Below are positions 30,058 to 40,850 of a stretch of 64,000 bases of DNA, one piece after another. Within the stretch, counting starts at the first letter, position 1. Every line of letters starts with the position of its first letter. The DNA is from Kofleriaceae bacterium. Lineage in GTDB: Bacteria; Myxococcota_A; Polyangia; Haliangiales; Haliangiaceae. The DNA lies in NCBI GenBank assembly GCA_046597055.1, contig JBKJLC010000103.1, positions 1-64,000 of the forward strand. The letters run 5' to 3'. The position numbers were made by a program, and so were the translations under genes. The notes beneath the pieces are model-generated. The model was not told the origin of the DNA. It did no database searches and saw nothing but the letters and a program-made list of their open reading frames with translations.

Positions 30058-31125
30058 CTACGGCAGGGTCAGCAGCGCGCTGCGCGACAGGGCAAAGGCT
30101 TGATCGGCGGTCAGGGTGGTCCCGCGGGTCATGAGGTTGCTCGCGCCCGGCAGCGTGTCGTCGAGCGGATCCGGGTAGCGCGCGCCCGATACGCCCACGT
30201 TCTCGACGTGCTGGAGCGCGAGGAAGTGACAGAGCTCGTGCGCGACCACCCGGCCAGTCTGGCTGTCGGTGTCGGCCGGCCGCACCAGCACGCCGAAGTA
30301 GTAGCTGCCGCGCAGCGACGGCCCCGGAGTGCCGAGGCTGAGGCCGGCCACCCCGGTCGGCAGGCTCTCGACCACGAACAGATCGAGCGCGTCGCCGGAG
30401 AGGCGGCCCTCGGTGAGCGCCGGCAGCATCGCCGACAGGCTCTGCGGCGCCTCCTGCGGCTCGCTACCCTCGGTGATGTGCTCGAGTGCCGTCCCCGGGA
30501 TCGTCAGGACCTGATCGACCACGACCGTGAGGCCGGCGGGCCCGAGCAAGCCCTGCACCTCGTCGAGGAAGCTCGGCGGCGACGCGATCGCGATCGTGTC
30601 CGAGACCACGACCACGTTCAGGTGCAGCGTGCGCCCGCCATCGTCGGCCGGCAGCAGGACCGTCACCGTCACCGGTCCCGGCCGATCGCTGGCCACCCGC
30701 AGCGACCAGGCGCCGGTGGTCGCGTCCTGCCCCGGCCGGTATGGATAGACGTGCGTGAACGTGCCAAGCCGGATGCTCTGGTACAGCTCACCCGGCATGT
30801 GGCCGATCTGCTCGTCGTCGTACGAGGCCCGCATCGCCGGCCCCGGCGCGCCGGCCGGGAGCCCGACCCGGTCGATCCCGTCGGGCCCGCGCAGGGCGCC
30901 GATCGCGTAGAGGGCGTCGCTGGCCCCGGTCACGACCACCGTCATCGAGCGCGTCATCGGCGGGATCTCGAACGCCACCTCGTCCGACCGCCCGTCCGCG
31001 CCCACGGTCGTCATGAACTGCAGCCGCCGGGCCGGGGCGGCGTCGACCGGGGGCTCGTCCTCCGGCGCCTCACCACAGCCCGCCAGCCCGAACATTGCCA
31101 TCAGGATCGCCGTGACCGAGCGCAT
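30058..31125 (-). CDS. Lipoprotein with metzincin-like zinc metallopeptidase domain
   Basis: Lipobox LAGC; AHELCHFLALQH and NLM Met-turn. Confidence 0.72.
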   Translation of the reverse strand: MRSVTAILMAMFGLAGCGEAPEDEPPVDAAPARRLQFMTTVGADGRSDEVAFEIPPMTRSMTVVVTGASDALYAIGALRGPDGIDRVGLPAGAPGPAMRASYDDEQIGHMPGELYQSIRLGTFTHVYPYRPGQDATTGAWSLRVASDRPGPVTVTVLLPADDGGRTLHLNVVVVSDTIAIASPPSFLDEVQGLLGPAGLTVVVDQVLTIPGTALEHITEGSEPQEAPQSLSAMLPALTEGRLSGDALDLFVVESLPTGVAGLSLGTPGPSLRGSYYFGVLVRPADTDSQTGRVVAHELCHFLALQHVENVGVSGARYPDPLDDTLPGASNLMTRGTTLTADQAFALSRSALLTLP

Positions 31126-31267
31126 GGTCCGAGCGAATACACCATCGTCACCAGCGCGGGAAGCGCCCCGCGGTTGCGTCCGCCGACCCTGGTGAAAAAG
31201 CGCCGGGGCCGCGCCACGAGCGTCGAAGGGCCACCAGGTACCACGCGAGGTTCACGGACTTGCACGC

Positions 31268-31283
31268 TGGTCCGCCGGCTGCA
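31268..31283 (+). promoter_or_regulatory. Possible sigma54 promoter
   Basis: TGGTCCGCCGGCTGCA = GG-N10-GC, 12 nt before ATG 31296. Confidence 0.4.
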
Positions 31284-31295
31284 ACTGCCAAACCC

Positions 31296-31745
31296 ATGCC
31301 CTCGACTCCCATCGTCGCCGCCTCCCTCCTCGCCGCCGCGCTGGTGACCATCACGGGCTCGCGCGCCGCGCTGGCTTGCCACAGCGAGCCATGCAGTGCC
31401 CAGGTTCACCCGCTCAGCGCGCTATCCATCGCCGCCGACCTCGCGATCCTGGGTCTCGACGCCCACTACGCGGGGCGGGACGCGCGCCCCAACCGCGCGT
31501 ACGGCGCGGCCGAGGTCGGACTCGGGCTGATCCAGTACGTCGGCGCGGCCGCGCTGGTCCTGGACGACGGCAACAACTACCAGCACGTCGCCACGGTCCA
31601 GGTCGTCGCCGCCAGCGCCGTCCTCTTGCACGGGACCTACGTGCTGATTCGCGGCGGCAAGTCGGCTCCGGCCGAGCGCGCGGTCTCGTTCGCTCCGACC
31701 GTGAGCGACAGCGGCGCCGGGCTCGCCGCCTTCGGTCGGTTCTAG
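31296..31745 (+). CDS. Small secreted/membrane hypothetical protein ending GRF
   Basis: Signal-like N-terminus, hydrophobic helices, C-terminal SFAPTVSDSGAGLAAFGRF. Confidence 0.6.
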   Translation: MPSTPIVAASLLAAALVTITGSRAALACHSEPCSAQVHPLSALSIAADLAILGLDAHYAGRDARPNRAYGAAEVGLGLIQYVGAAALVLDDGNNYQHVATVQVVAASAVLLHGTYVLIRGGKSAPAERAVSFAPTVSDSGAGLAAFGRF

Positions 31746-31793
31746 GCACGACCCACGGCGGGACGTCGGACAGCGTGCCGCGGTCACCGCGGC

Positions 31794-32150
31794 TCACGAC
31801 CTGCGAGCGCGCCGGCGGCGCCCACGGGCCATCACGCCGAGCGCGATCACCGCCAGCGGGAGGGCCGCGCCGCCATCGCGGGTCGCGCCGGTGCCACAGC
31901 CACAGCCACAGCCGCCATCAGTCGGGTCGACATCGTCCCCGAGCTTCAGGATGCCGAGATCGAACGTGGCGTTGTCGTTGGGCAGGTCGCGGTACATCGG
32001 GTGCCGGATCTCCTGCACGACCGCGACCTTCGTGGCCGCGCCGCCGTTGATCTGCGGGCCGAGGAAGATGTTGCGCACGCCGCCGAGGCAGTGGCCCGCG
32101 GTCAGCACGGTGCGCCGCGAGATCACCGTGCCGCTGCAGAACGCGCCCTC
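31794..32150 (-). pseudogene. Truncated trypsin-like serine protease fused to MYXO-CTERM-like tail
   Basis: FCSGTVIS..LTAGHC and FDLGILKL present, no GDSGGP; followed directly by GGCGCGC-hydrophobic-RRRR; no signal peptide or credible start. Confidence 0.65.
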
Positions 32151-32366
32151 GCGAGGCGCCGAGTGAGGACTCCGGGCAGCGCGCCAATGCGTGACCGCCC
32201 CCGGCGTGCCGGCGCTTCGCTGCCCCCGGCCGACCGCACGGGCACGCCGGGGTAGGGGTGGCTTCAACGGCGGAACATGCGTCGGAGCCTATCGCACCCA
32301 CCGCCCGGTGCGCTCGTCGCGGGCGACCGAGGTCACCCGGGCCACCGCGCGACCGGCGAGCGCGGC

Positions 32367-32987
32367 CTACTGCTCGATGCAGAACAGGCGCTGGGTCCCA
32401 CCGCAGCCGCTGTTCTGGAGGCTCTGCCACACGCCATCCAGCGCGGTCGCGTCGCCGATCATGCCCGCCACCGTCGTGGTCGTCCCGAGGGTCCAGTCGT
32501 TGCACGTGCTGCCGGCGATCACGGTCCCGTTCGGGGCGCTCCCCGTCCAGGCCCGGTTGGGCGTGAGATCGTTGCCCGCCTCGTCGAGGAGGATCGGGGC
32601 GATCAGGGTCCCCGCCACGAGCGCCTCGCGGCTGTTCGCGATCACCGCGCCGGTGACCCGCACGAAGCGTCCGATCGCCGGCAGCCGGTCGCGCGCGTGG
32701 ATCGCGCCGGTCGACAGGTGTGCGCGCCACTGCCCCGTGAAGCCCCGCGCCTCCGCGGCGGCCTGGCACTTCTGGTCACCGCCGGCGAGCCCGCCGAGGT
32801 TCCCGGTGAAGCTCGCGGTCGAGATGAAGATGCGATGCGAGACCTCCGCCGCGTCCAGCGGCAGCGGCGGGGCATCGACCTCGGGCCCGTCGATCCCGGC
32901 GCCGTCCGTCTCCGTCGACGCATCGAGCGTCGGTGGGGCCACGGTTCCGCATCCGACGGCAGCTACCATCCAAAGTCGCGAGAGCAT
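32367..32987 (-). CDS. DUF1554/endostatin-like lipoprotein
   Basis: AVGC lipobox; IFISTASFTGNLGGLAGGDQKC..WRAHLS..WTG..CNDW..LFCIEQ. Confidence 0.72.
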   Translation of the reverse strand: MLSRLWMVAAVGCGTVAPPTLDASTETDGAGIDGPEVDAPPLPLDAAEVSHRIFISTASFTGNLGGLAGGDQKCQAAAEARGFTGQWRAHLSTGAIHARDRLPAIGRFVRVTGAVIANSREALVAGTLIAPILLDEAGNDLTPNRAWTGSAPNGTVIAGSTCNDWTLGTTTTVAGMIGDATALDGVWQSLQNSGCGGTQRLFCIEQ

Positions 32988-33189
32988 CTGCGATGCTAGG
33001 CCCGGCCCGCTCGCCCGGTCAAGCAAGGCCTCGGGCACGCGCCACCCTTGCCGCCGGGTGCCTGGCATCTCCGGACTGGCTGCCTGCGGTTGACCGGCCC
33101 TCAATGGCTCGCGTGGGCGCCGTCGCCCGTGGCGCATGAGGCGCTGCGATCGAACCGCACGCGATCGACGTCGGGTATGTTCCGCGACC

Positions 33190-34338
33190 GTGACTCCCAT
33201 CGTCATCAGTGGAAGCGGGCTCCAGGTCCCACCCGAGGTCATCAGCAACGACGAGCTGGTGGTCGCGTTCAACCGCTACGTCGAGCGCTACAACGCGCTG
33301 CACGCGGCCGCGATCGCCGCGGGTGAGCGCCCCGCCCTGTCGCCGTCCTCGTCCGAGTTCATCGTCAAGGCGTCGGGCATCCAGAACCGCCATGTCGTCG
33401 ACAAGGCGGGGCTGCTCGATCCGACCCGGATGCGGCCCCACATCCCGGAGCGCAGCAACGACCAGCTGTCAGTGCAGGCCGAGCTGGCGGTCGCGGCGTG
33501 CCGTCAGGCCCTGACCGCCGCCAGCAAGACGCCGGCCGACATCGACGCGGTGATCGTCGCGTGCTCGAACCTGCAGCGGGCCTATCCCGCGGTGGCGATC
33601 GAGGTGCAGGCGGCGCTCGGGATCCGGGGCTATGCGTTCGACATGAACGTGGCGTGCTCGTCGGCCACGTTCGGCATCGAGCAGGCGATGAACGCGGTCC
33701 GTGCGGGCACCGCCCGCGCCGTGCTCGTGGTGAGCCCCGAGATCTGCTCGGCGCACCTCGACTTCCGTGATCGCGACTGCCACTTCATCTTCGGGGACGT
33801 CGCGTCGGCGGTGGTCGTGGAGCGCGCCGCCACGGCGACCTCGAAGGTGTGCTTCGAGATCCTCGGCAGCCGGCTCGCCACCGTCTTCTCGAACAACATC
33901 CGCAACAACTTCGGCTTCCTCAACCACTGCGACGAGACCGGCGTCGGCAAGCGCGACAAGCTCTTCATGCAGGAGGGGCGCAAGGTCTTCAAGGACGTCT
34001 GTCCGATGGTGGCCGACCATATCCGCAGCCACCTGACCGCGGTCGGGCTGGCCGCCTCGGACGTCCAGCGCTTCTGGTTGCACCAGGCCAACCTGGCCAT
34101 GAACCAGCTGATCGTCCGGCGCCTGCTCGACCGCGACGCGACCGCGGCCGAAGCCCCGGTGGTCCTCGACGAATACGCGAACACCAGCTCGGCCGGCTCG
34201 ATCATCGCCTTCCACCAGCACAGCGAGGATCTCCCTCCCGGTGCGGTCGGGGTGATCGCATCGTTCGGCGCAGGGTACTCGGTGGGTAGCGTGATCCTGC
34301 GCCGCCTCGGCGAGGTCGCGCCGGCCGCCGCCGCCTGA
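33190..34338 (+). CDS. fabH: Beta-ketoacyl-ACP synthase III (long FabH type)
   Basis: [30 protein letters not shown] catalytic motifs. Confidence 0.88.
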   Translation: MTPIVISGSGLQVPPEVISNDELVVAFNRYVERYNALHAAAIAAGERPALSPSSSEFIVKASGIQNRHVVDKAGLLDPTRMRPHIPERSNDQLSVQAELAVAACRQALTAASKTPADIDAVIVACSNLQRAYPAVAIEVQAALGIRGYAFDMNVACSSATFGIEQAMNAVRAGTARAVLVVSPEICSAHLDFRDRDCHFIFGDVASAVVVERAATATSKVCFEILGSRLATVFSNNIRNNFGFLNHCDETGVGKRDKLFMQEGRKVFKDVCPMVADHIRSHLTAVGLAASDVQRFWLHQANLAMNQLIVRRLLDRDATAAEAPVVLDEYANTSSAGSIIAFHQHSEDLPPGAVGVIASFGAGYSVGSVILRRLGEVAPAAAA

Positions 34339-34414
34339 CCGGGCGTCCAGTGGGGCGTGGCGGGCCACCAGCAATGTCGAGCGCACACTAACCGAGTGAA
34401 CCGCGCGGGCTAGA

Positions 34415-35467
34415 GTGGTCGAGATGACCGCTCCGACGACGCCGCCACCCAACATCCCCCGTGCGTTCGTCCTGGTGCTGATCGGCGCCGGCTTCCTGGT
34501 GCTGCTGCCGTACTGGGTCTGGCTGGTGCTGGCGGTGTGGGTCGCGCAGATCGGCCGCCGTGTCATCCGTCCGTTGTCTCGCCTCACCGGCGGCCGGCAA
34601 CGCGCCGCCGCCCTGCTCACCGCGGCGCTGCTCGCCATCATGCTGATCCCGGTCGGTCTGGTCTTGGTCACTCTGATCTTCGATGCCACCGACATGGCCC
34701 GACGGCTCGCCTCGACCAAGGAGGTGAGCACGATGTTCGAGCAACTCGTCACCAGCTCGCCCAGCGGCGGCGCTCAGGGCGCCGGCGGCGAAACCAATCC
34801 GGTGGATCTGGTGATGTCGCACGGCATGCGGGCGTGGTCGGTGATCAGCGTGGTGTTCAAGGTCGCCGCCGAGGTCGCGCTCGGGCTCTTCATCTTCGTC
34901 AGCGGCACCTACGTCATCCTCGCTGACGGCGCGCTGGCCTACCGATGGGCCGAGCTTCACCTGCCCATCGACTCGCTGGTGCTGCGCCGCCTCGCCAACT
35001 CCTTCACCGAGACCGGCCATGGCCTGTTCATCGGCGTCGGCGGCTCGGGCCTCGCCCAGGCCATCGTCGCCACCATCGCCTTCGTCGTGATCGGGGTTCC
35101 CGAGCCCTACGTCCTCGGCATCCTCACCCTCATGGCCTCGGTGATCCCTTCGATCGGCACCGCCCTCGTGTGGGGGCCGGTCGCCATCGGCCTCGCGCTC
35201 ACCGGCCGCACCGACGCCGCCATCGTCCTCGTCGTCGTCGGCGTCGCCGTCATCGGCTCCATCGACAACATCGTCCGTCCCATGTTGGCGCGCTGGGGCC
35301 AGCTCGACCTGCCCTCGTACCTCATCATGGTCAGCATGTTCGGGGGCCTCGCCCTGGTCGGCGCGTCCGGCCTCGTCCTCGGCCCCCTGGTGCTGCGCCT
35401 GGCCAAGGAAGCCCTGGTCATGAGCCGCGAGGCGACCACCGCCGCCAACGCCGAGGCCAGCGAATAG
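34415..35467 (+). CDS. AI-2E family transporter
   Basis: Multiple TM helices; IPSIGTALVW, DNIVRP, GLVLGP. Confidence 0.85.
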   Translation: MVEMTAPTTPPPNIPRAFVLVLIGAGFLVLLPYWVWLVLAVWVAQIGRRVIRPLSRLTGGRQRAAALLTAALLAIMLIPVGLVLVTLIFDATDMARRLASTKEVSTMFEQLVTSSPSGGAQGAGGETNPVDLVMSHGMRAWSVISVVFKVAAEVALGLFIFVSGTYVILADGALAYRWAELHLPIDSLVLRRLANSFTETGHGLFIGVGGSGLAQAIVATIAFVVIGVPEPYVLGILTLMASVIPSIGTALVWGPVAIGLALTGRTDAAIVLVVVGVAVIGSIDNIVRPMLARWGQLDLPSYLIMVSMFGGLALVGASGLVLGPLVLRLAKEALVMSREATTAANAEASE

Positions 35468-35900
35468 GTGACCACCGGGCCGGCGCCGCGGCTGATCAGG
35501 TGAGCGGTAGCCGGAGCGTGAACATCGTGCCGCCCTCGCACCACCCTTGTGGTGCCTTGTGGTGCGGGCCCGCGGAACGACCGCGGCCTGCGCGAGGTCA
35601 AGACCCACCCCGCGAGGCCGCAGCGATCGCGACGGCCCGCTCGCCGAGGCGCCGCACATCGGCGGTGCGGCCGAGGACGGCGCGGCGATCGCCTTCCCCG
35701 GCCGGGGCGCGGCGGCCCAGTCGGCCCCGATAGCCGGGCCGGCCCCGACCCATGGGCTCCGGCACCGACGTTGCGGCCATGCGCGGGACCATCAAGCCCG
35801 CACCTGCTGCCGACGCTTCTACCGGCAGCAGAACCGGAGCTTCGGTTAGACCGGAGAGTCCAGAGGACCCGACGCAGCCAAGCGTCGTCGCAAGTTGTCG

Positions 35901-35973
<73 letters not shown>

Positions 35974-35985
35974 GTTGGGAGGCGA

Positions 35986-36014
35986 AAGCTATACGGCCGA
36001 CTGGCGCCAGGCAA
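35986..36014 (-). promoter_or_regulatory. sigma70-like promoter of tRNA-Phe
   Basis: TTGCCT-17 bp-TAGCTT just upstream of the tRNA. Confidence 0.5.
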
Positions 36015-36038
36015 GCGGGTCCCGACGATTTTCGCGGG

Positions 36039-38114
36039 TCAGGTGACGGTGGTGGTCAGGGCGTCCCGGATGTTGCGGAGGAGATCCGCCGCGGTGAAGG
36101 GCTTGGGCAGCAGCCGCACGTCGTCGGAGAGAAGGCCCTGGGGGGCCAGGACGTCGCGATCGTAGCCCGACATGTAGACGACCCGGGTGTCCGGGCGGGT
36201 GGTGATGACCGTCTCGTAGAGGCGGCGGCCGTTCATGCCCGGCATGACCACGTCGGTGAGGAGGAGGTGGACCTCCCCGGCATGCGCGGCGATCATGTCG
36301 AGCGCCTCGGCCGGGGAGCCGGCGTCGAGGATCTGGTAGCCCTCGCGCGACAGGAGGCGCACCACCAGGCGCCGGACCGCGGGCTCGTCCTCGACCACCA
36401 GGATCGTGCGGTTGCCGGGGCTGGTCGACGGCCGCCTGGGGCGGCTGGCGCGCACGACCTGCGTGACCGCGACCGGTAGGCGGATCTCGAAGCGGGTGCC
36501 CCGTCCGAACACGGTGTCGACCTGGACCGAGCCGCCGTGCTGCTCGACGATGCCGTACACGGTCGACAGGCCGAGGCCGGTGCCGCGCCCGGGACCCTTG
36601 GTCGTGAAGAACGGCTCGAAGATGTGGGGCAGGCTCTCGGCATCGATGCCGGTGCCGGTGTCCTCGACCGCGATGCCCACCATCGGGGCGTCGGCGACCT
36701 CGACCGGGAAAGTCGAGAAGCGGAGCACGCCGCCGACCGGCATCGCATCGCGGGCGTTGATCGCCAGGTTGAACAGCACCTGCTGGAGCTGGGTGGTGTC
36801 GGCGCGCACCACCAGGCCCGGCGCCAGGCACAGCTCGATCTCGAGGTGTGCCGGCAGGGCGTGCCGCAGCAGCTTGAGCGCGCGGTTGACCTCCTCGGCC
36901 AGGTCCAGCTCGCGGAGCTGCAGGACCTGCTTGCGCGAGAAGGCGAGCAGCTGCCCGACCAGCTCGCGGGCGTCGATCGCCGCCGAGACGATCGACTGGA
37001 TCAGATCGGCATGCGCCGAGTCGCGGCCGAGCGCCGACTTGACCATGTCGGAGCCCATCAGGATCGGCGTCAGCAGGTTGTTGAGGTCGTGGGCGACGCC
37101 GCCGGCCAGGAGCCCGAGCGACTCCATCTTCTCGGCCTGACGCAGCGTCTGCTCGAGCTCGGCGCGCATGGCCTCGCCGTCGGTCCGGTCGTGGATGGCG
37201 AGCGCCAGCGCCAGCGCATCACCGACCGAGCCGGCGAACCCGCGCTCGTCGCTGGTCCAGGCGCGGGCACCGCGCTGCTCGTGGCAGAGGACGCCGAGCA
37301 GGCGTCCGTCGCGGCGGCAGGCCGCGTGCAGCACCGACGTGATGCCGTGGACCTCGAAGTACGCGGCGTGCTCGGCGATGGCCGGGTGCGCGCCGACGTC
37401 CGCGGCGGCGACGGTGCCGTCCTGGCGCAGCGTCTCGAGGTAGAGCGAGGTGGCCGAGGCCGCCAGGGTCAGCGCTGACGCCATCGTGCCGCCGGCGCGC
37501 TCGGCCAGGGTCATGCAGCGCAGCAGCCCGCCGTCAGCGTCGAGGAGCCAGACGCTGACCCGGTCGATCTCGAAGGTCTCGCCGAGGTCCTTGCAGACGC
37601 TCGCGAGCACGTCCTCGACCGCGCTGCCCTCGACGATCCGACGCACCACACGCTGCAGGGCCTCGTGCTGGCAGAGCGTGCTGCGGCGCCGGCGCTGCTC
37701 GAGCGCGCGGCCCGCGACCTCGTCGGTGACGTCGGTGCACACCGCCACCACCGACCCGCTCGGGTCCCGCCCGCCGCGGACGCGCATCCACCGCGGGGCC
37801 GCGCCGGTGCACAGCCGGAACCGCAGGTCGATCGGCCGGCCGTCGGCGCCGTCGGTCAGCGCCATGAGCAGCGCGCTGCGGTCGCCGGGCTCGATGCATG
37901 CCAGGAACGCCTCGGCGCCGAGGGTGACCCCGGTCGGATGCGAGAGCTCGGCCCCGGTCACGAGGCCGGTCGCCCGCACCGGATCCCAGCGCCACACCGC
38001 GACCCCCGCACTCCCCAGCGCCGCGGCCACGCCGTCGAGGGGATCGGCGCTCGCGAATGTGGGGCCCGACACCATCGAGGCGGATGATACCGCGGGTGGA
38101 CGATCCACCGACAC
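36039..38114 (-). CDS. Hybrid histidine kinase (PAS-GAF-HisKA-HATPase-REC)
   Basis: AHDLNNLL, NLAINARDAM, FTTK, GTGLGL, LVVEDE, TDVVMP. Confidence 0.92.
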   Translation of the reverse strand: MSVDRPPAVSSASMVSGPTFASADPLDGVAAALGSAGVAVWRWDPVRATGLVTGAELSHPTGVTLGAEAFLACIEPGDRSALLMALTDGADGRPIDLRFRLCTGAAPRWMRVRGGRDPSGSVVAVCTDVTDEVAGRALEQRRRRSTLCQHEALQRVVRRIVEGSAVEDVLASVCKDLGETFEIDRVSVWLLDADGGLLRCMTLAERAGGTMASALTLAASATSLYLETLRQDGTVAAADVGAHPAIAEHAAYFEVHGITSVLHAACRRDGRLLGVLCHEQRGARAWTSDERGFAGSVGDALALALAIHDRTDGEAMRAELEQTLRQAEKMESLGLLAGGVAHDLNNLLTPILMGSDMVKSALGRDSAHADLIQSIVSAAIDARELVGQLLAFSRKQVLQLRELDLAEEVNRALKLLRHALPAHLEIELCLAPGLVVRADTTQLQQVLFNLAINARDAMPVGGVLRFSTFPVEVADAPMVGIAVEDTGTGIDAESLPHIFEPFFTTKGPGRGTGLGLSTVYGIVEQHGGSVQVDTVFGRGTRFEIRLPVAVTQVVRASRPRRPSTSPGNRTILVVEDEPAVRRLVVRLLSREGYQILDAGSPAEALDMIAAHAGEVHLLLTDVVMPGMNGRRLYETVITTRPDTRVVYMSGYDRDVLAPQGLLSDDVRLLPKPFTAADLLRNIRDALTTTVT

Positions 38115-38239
38115 CGTTCAACCGGGATGATCCCGACCGGGTCCATTCGGGCGGGCCCTGGTCACGACCGCACACTTCCCGCGCGCCGCGGTCGACGAAG
38201 CGAGCGCCCGGGCCCCGTTCGCGATAGAAACGAGGGGTC

Positions 38240-40099
38240 ATGGCCCAGACCGAGCCCAGGTCGCCGCTGCCGACCTCCGCTCCCGGCGAGGACGAGGCGC
38301 GCCTGGGCACCATCATCGATGGTCGCTACCGGCTCGATCGCCTGCTCGGCAAGGGCGGCATGGGGGTGGTGTACCGGGCCGAGCACGTGGCGATCCGCCG
38401 GACGCTGGCGGTCAAGCTCCTGCACCCGACCCTGGCCGCGCTCCCCGAGCTGCGGTCGCGCTTCGAGCGCGAGGCGATCGCGATCGGCCTGATCGACCAC
38501 CCCAACTGTGTCGGCGTGTCCGACTTCGGGCGGCTCGAGGACGGCACGCTGTTCCTGGTCATGGAGCTGCTCGACGGCCGGTCGCTGGGCGACGTGCTCG
38601 ACGCCGAGGCCCCGCTGGCGCCCGAGCGTGCGCTCCGCATCCTGCGCCACGTGCTCGCCGGTCTCGGCCATGCCCACGGCGCTGGCATCGTCCATCGCGA
38701 CGTCAAGCCGGAGAACGTCTACCTGGTCGCCACCGACAACGACCCCGAGTTCGCCAAGATCCTCGACTTCGGGATCGCCAAGATGATCAACGGCGGCGAG
38801 GTCGACGACGGCGTGCGCCTGACCCAGGCTGGCGTCGCGTTCGGCACCCCGGTGTACATGTCGCCCGAGCAGGCGCTCGGCAACCCGCTCGATGGCCGCT
38901 CCGACCTCTACGGCGCGACCGTGATGGCCTACGAGATGCTGTGCGGGCGGCCGCCGTTCTGGGCCGACGACAAGCTCGAGATCTTGTCGATGCACACGAC
39001 CCGGCCGCCGCCGGACATGAACGAGATGCTGGCGCGGGTGAAGACCGGCGTCGCGATCGCGCCCGCGATCGAGGAGCTGATCCTGCGCGGGCTGGCCAAG
39101 CGGCGCGACGACCGCTGGCCCACCGCCGGCGAGTACATCTCCGCGGTCGACGAGATCCTCGACATGCTCGGCGATAACACCGCGCGCGCCCCCCGGGCCC
39201 CGACCGCCCCGGGCCTGGGCCGGCTCGGCACCGGCCCGGTCCAGTTCGCGTCGCCGACCTCGTCGGCGCTGGCCCCGCGGGCGGCCGGCGCGTCGCGGCC
39301 GATCCTGCTGGGCAATCCGACGCGACGGCGGTCGGCCGGCCGGTCGCGCACGGTGATCGCGGCGGTCGCGCTGGTCGGCGCGGCGGCGCTCGGCATCCTG
39401 ATCGCGCTGCTCCTGCGCGAGCCAAGCCGACCAGCGGCGCCCCGGCTCGACCCGACCACGCTGGCCGGCAAGGCGGCGGCGCTGCTCGAGCGCGGCAACC
39501 CGGTCGGCGCGATCAAGACGCTCGAGGCCGCCCGGAAGGAGCTGGCCAGCGACCCCGAGTCGCAGCTGGTCCTCGGTCACGCCTACGCGGCGCAGCGCAA
39601 GAACACCGAGGCGATCGCCGCCTACCAGCGCGCGCTCGAGCTGGACGGCAGCCGCGGCCGCGACGAGCAGCTGCGGGCGAACCTGCGCGTGATCGCCGGC
39701 GACACCGACGTCGACGCGGTCACCGCGGCGCTCGGCCTGCTCGCGGGCAAGGCCGGCGACCGCAGCGCGCACCAGCGCATCATCGAGCTCGCGTCGGGTC
39801 CCGAGCGCACCCTGCGCAAGCCGGCCGCCGCGCTCGCCGAGAAGCTCGGCCTCGGGGCCGAGGTCGACTGGTTGAAGAGCTACCTGCTCGACCTCGAGCA
39901 GGGCGAGGTGTGCGCGCAACGCAAGGAGGCGGTCACCAAGCTGCGCGCGCTCGGCGACGCCCGCGCGATCCCGGCGCTCGAGCGGGCGCTCCTGCGCAAG
40001 GGCAAGGTCGGCAAGTGGAACGGCAAGAACGTCAACGAGTGCCTGGTCGGCGACGCCCGGGCCGCGATCGCGTACCTGCACGGCCTGGCCCCGCCGTGA
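38240..40099 (+). CDS. Membrane Ser/Thr protein kinase with C-terminal TPR/HEAT-like region
   Basis: GKGGMG, AVK, HRDVKPEN, DFG, GTPVYMSPEQ; TM helix; helical repeats. Confidence 0.92.
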   Translation: MAQTEPRSPLPTSAPGEDEARLGTIIDGRYRLDRLLGKGGMGVVYRAEHVAIRRTLAVKLLHPTLAALPELRSRFEREAIAIGLIDHPNCVGVSDFGRLEDGTLFLVMELLDGRSLGDVLDAEAPLAPERALRILRHVLAGLGHAHGAGIVHRDVKPENVYLVATDNDPEFAKILDFGIAKMINGGEVDDGVRLTQAGVAFGTPVYMSPEQALGNPLDGRSDLYGATVMAYEMLCGRPPFWADDKLEILSMHTTRPPPDMNEMLARVKTGVAIAPAIEELILRGLAKRRDDRWPTAGEYISAVDEILDMLGDNTARAPRAPTAPGLGRLGTGPVQFASPTSSALAPRAAGASRPILLGNPTRRRSAGRSRTVIAAVALVGAAALGILIALLLREPSRPAAPRLDPTTLAGKAAALLERGNPVGAIKTLEAARKELASDPESQLVLGHAYAAQRKNTEAIAAYQRALELDGSRGRDEQLRANLRVIAGDTDVDAVTAALGLLAGKAGDRSAHQRIIELASGPERTLRKPAAALAEKLGLGAEVDWLKSYLLDLEQGEVCAQRKEAVTKLRALGDARAIPALERALLRKGKVGKWNGKNVNECLVGDARAAIAYLHGLAPP

Positions 40100-40755
40100 T
40101 CACCGGCCGCGTCGCGGCCGCGGCGGCGCTGCTGACGATGCTCGCGGCCACCCCGGCGCAGGCCGAGCCGTCCGACCGCGACCTGGTGCTGCTCGGCGTC
40201 GCGATGATCGTGCCGACCTACGGGGTCGGCGTCGTCACCCACGAAGGCACCCACGCGGTCGCGGCCGAGCTGCTGGGCGCCGACACCACCGCGTTCCGGC
40301 CCTGGCCCGGTCGCGACCCGAGGACCGGCGCGTTCCAGATGGGCCTCACCCGGGTCCGCGGCCTCGTCAGCAAGCGCGATCGCCTCATTTTCTTCCTCGC
40401 GCCCAAGCTCACCGATCTGGTGCTGCTCGGCGGTTACCTGGGCTGGTACGAGTCGAGCGCGTACCCGGCCGGCCCCTACGGTCAGCTGGTCGTGACCGTG
40501 CTCGCGACCGGTTTCTGGGTCGACTTCGCCAAGGACACGCTGGCGTTCAGCCGCCACAACGACCTCGTCAAGGCGAGCCGGTTGATGGGCCTCGACACCG
40601 AGTGGAGGCGGCTGCCGTTGCGGCTCGGGTTCGCGGCGGCCTCGGCCGGGCTCGGCTACCTGGTGTGGCGCGGCCACGACCGGCTGTTCGCGTCGAACGA
40701 CGCCGAGCCCGGGGCCCCCGCCGTGCTGCTCCCGCTCAGCAGCGGCCGGTTCTGA
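40096..40755 (+). CDS. Membrane protein with HExxH motif (M50-like metallopeptidase?)
   Basis: GTG overlaps kinase stop; signal peptide; VVTHEGTH within hydrophobic segment; ends SGRF. Confidence 0.6.
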   Translation: MITGRVAAAAALLTMLAATPAQAEPSDRDLVLLGVAMIVPTYGVGVVTHEGTHAVAAELLGADTTAFRPWPGRDPRTGAFQMGLTRVRGLVSKRDRLIFFLAPKLTDLVLLGGYLGWYESSAYPAGPYGQLVVTVLATGFWVDFAKDTLAFSRHNDLVKASRLMGLDTEWRRLPLRLGFAAASAGLGYLVWRGHDRLFASNDAEPGAPAVLLPLSSGRF

Positions 40756-40850
40756 TTCTGAAGCCCCGCTGAGCCGCGCTCGCAGGACTTGTTGACGCGG
40801 CCGGCTGACGCGGTGTACGCGTGCTCCCCACACTGCGCGAGGGGACGTCG

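Noticed and set aside
35470..35900. Integrative element at tRNA-Phe
   Set aside because: No integrase, transposase or duplicated tRNA 3' end seen in the window
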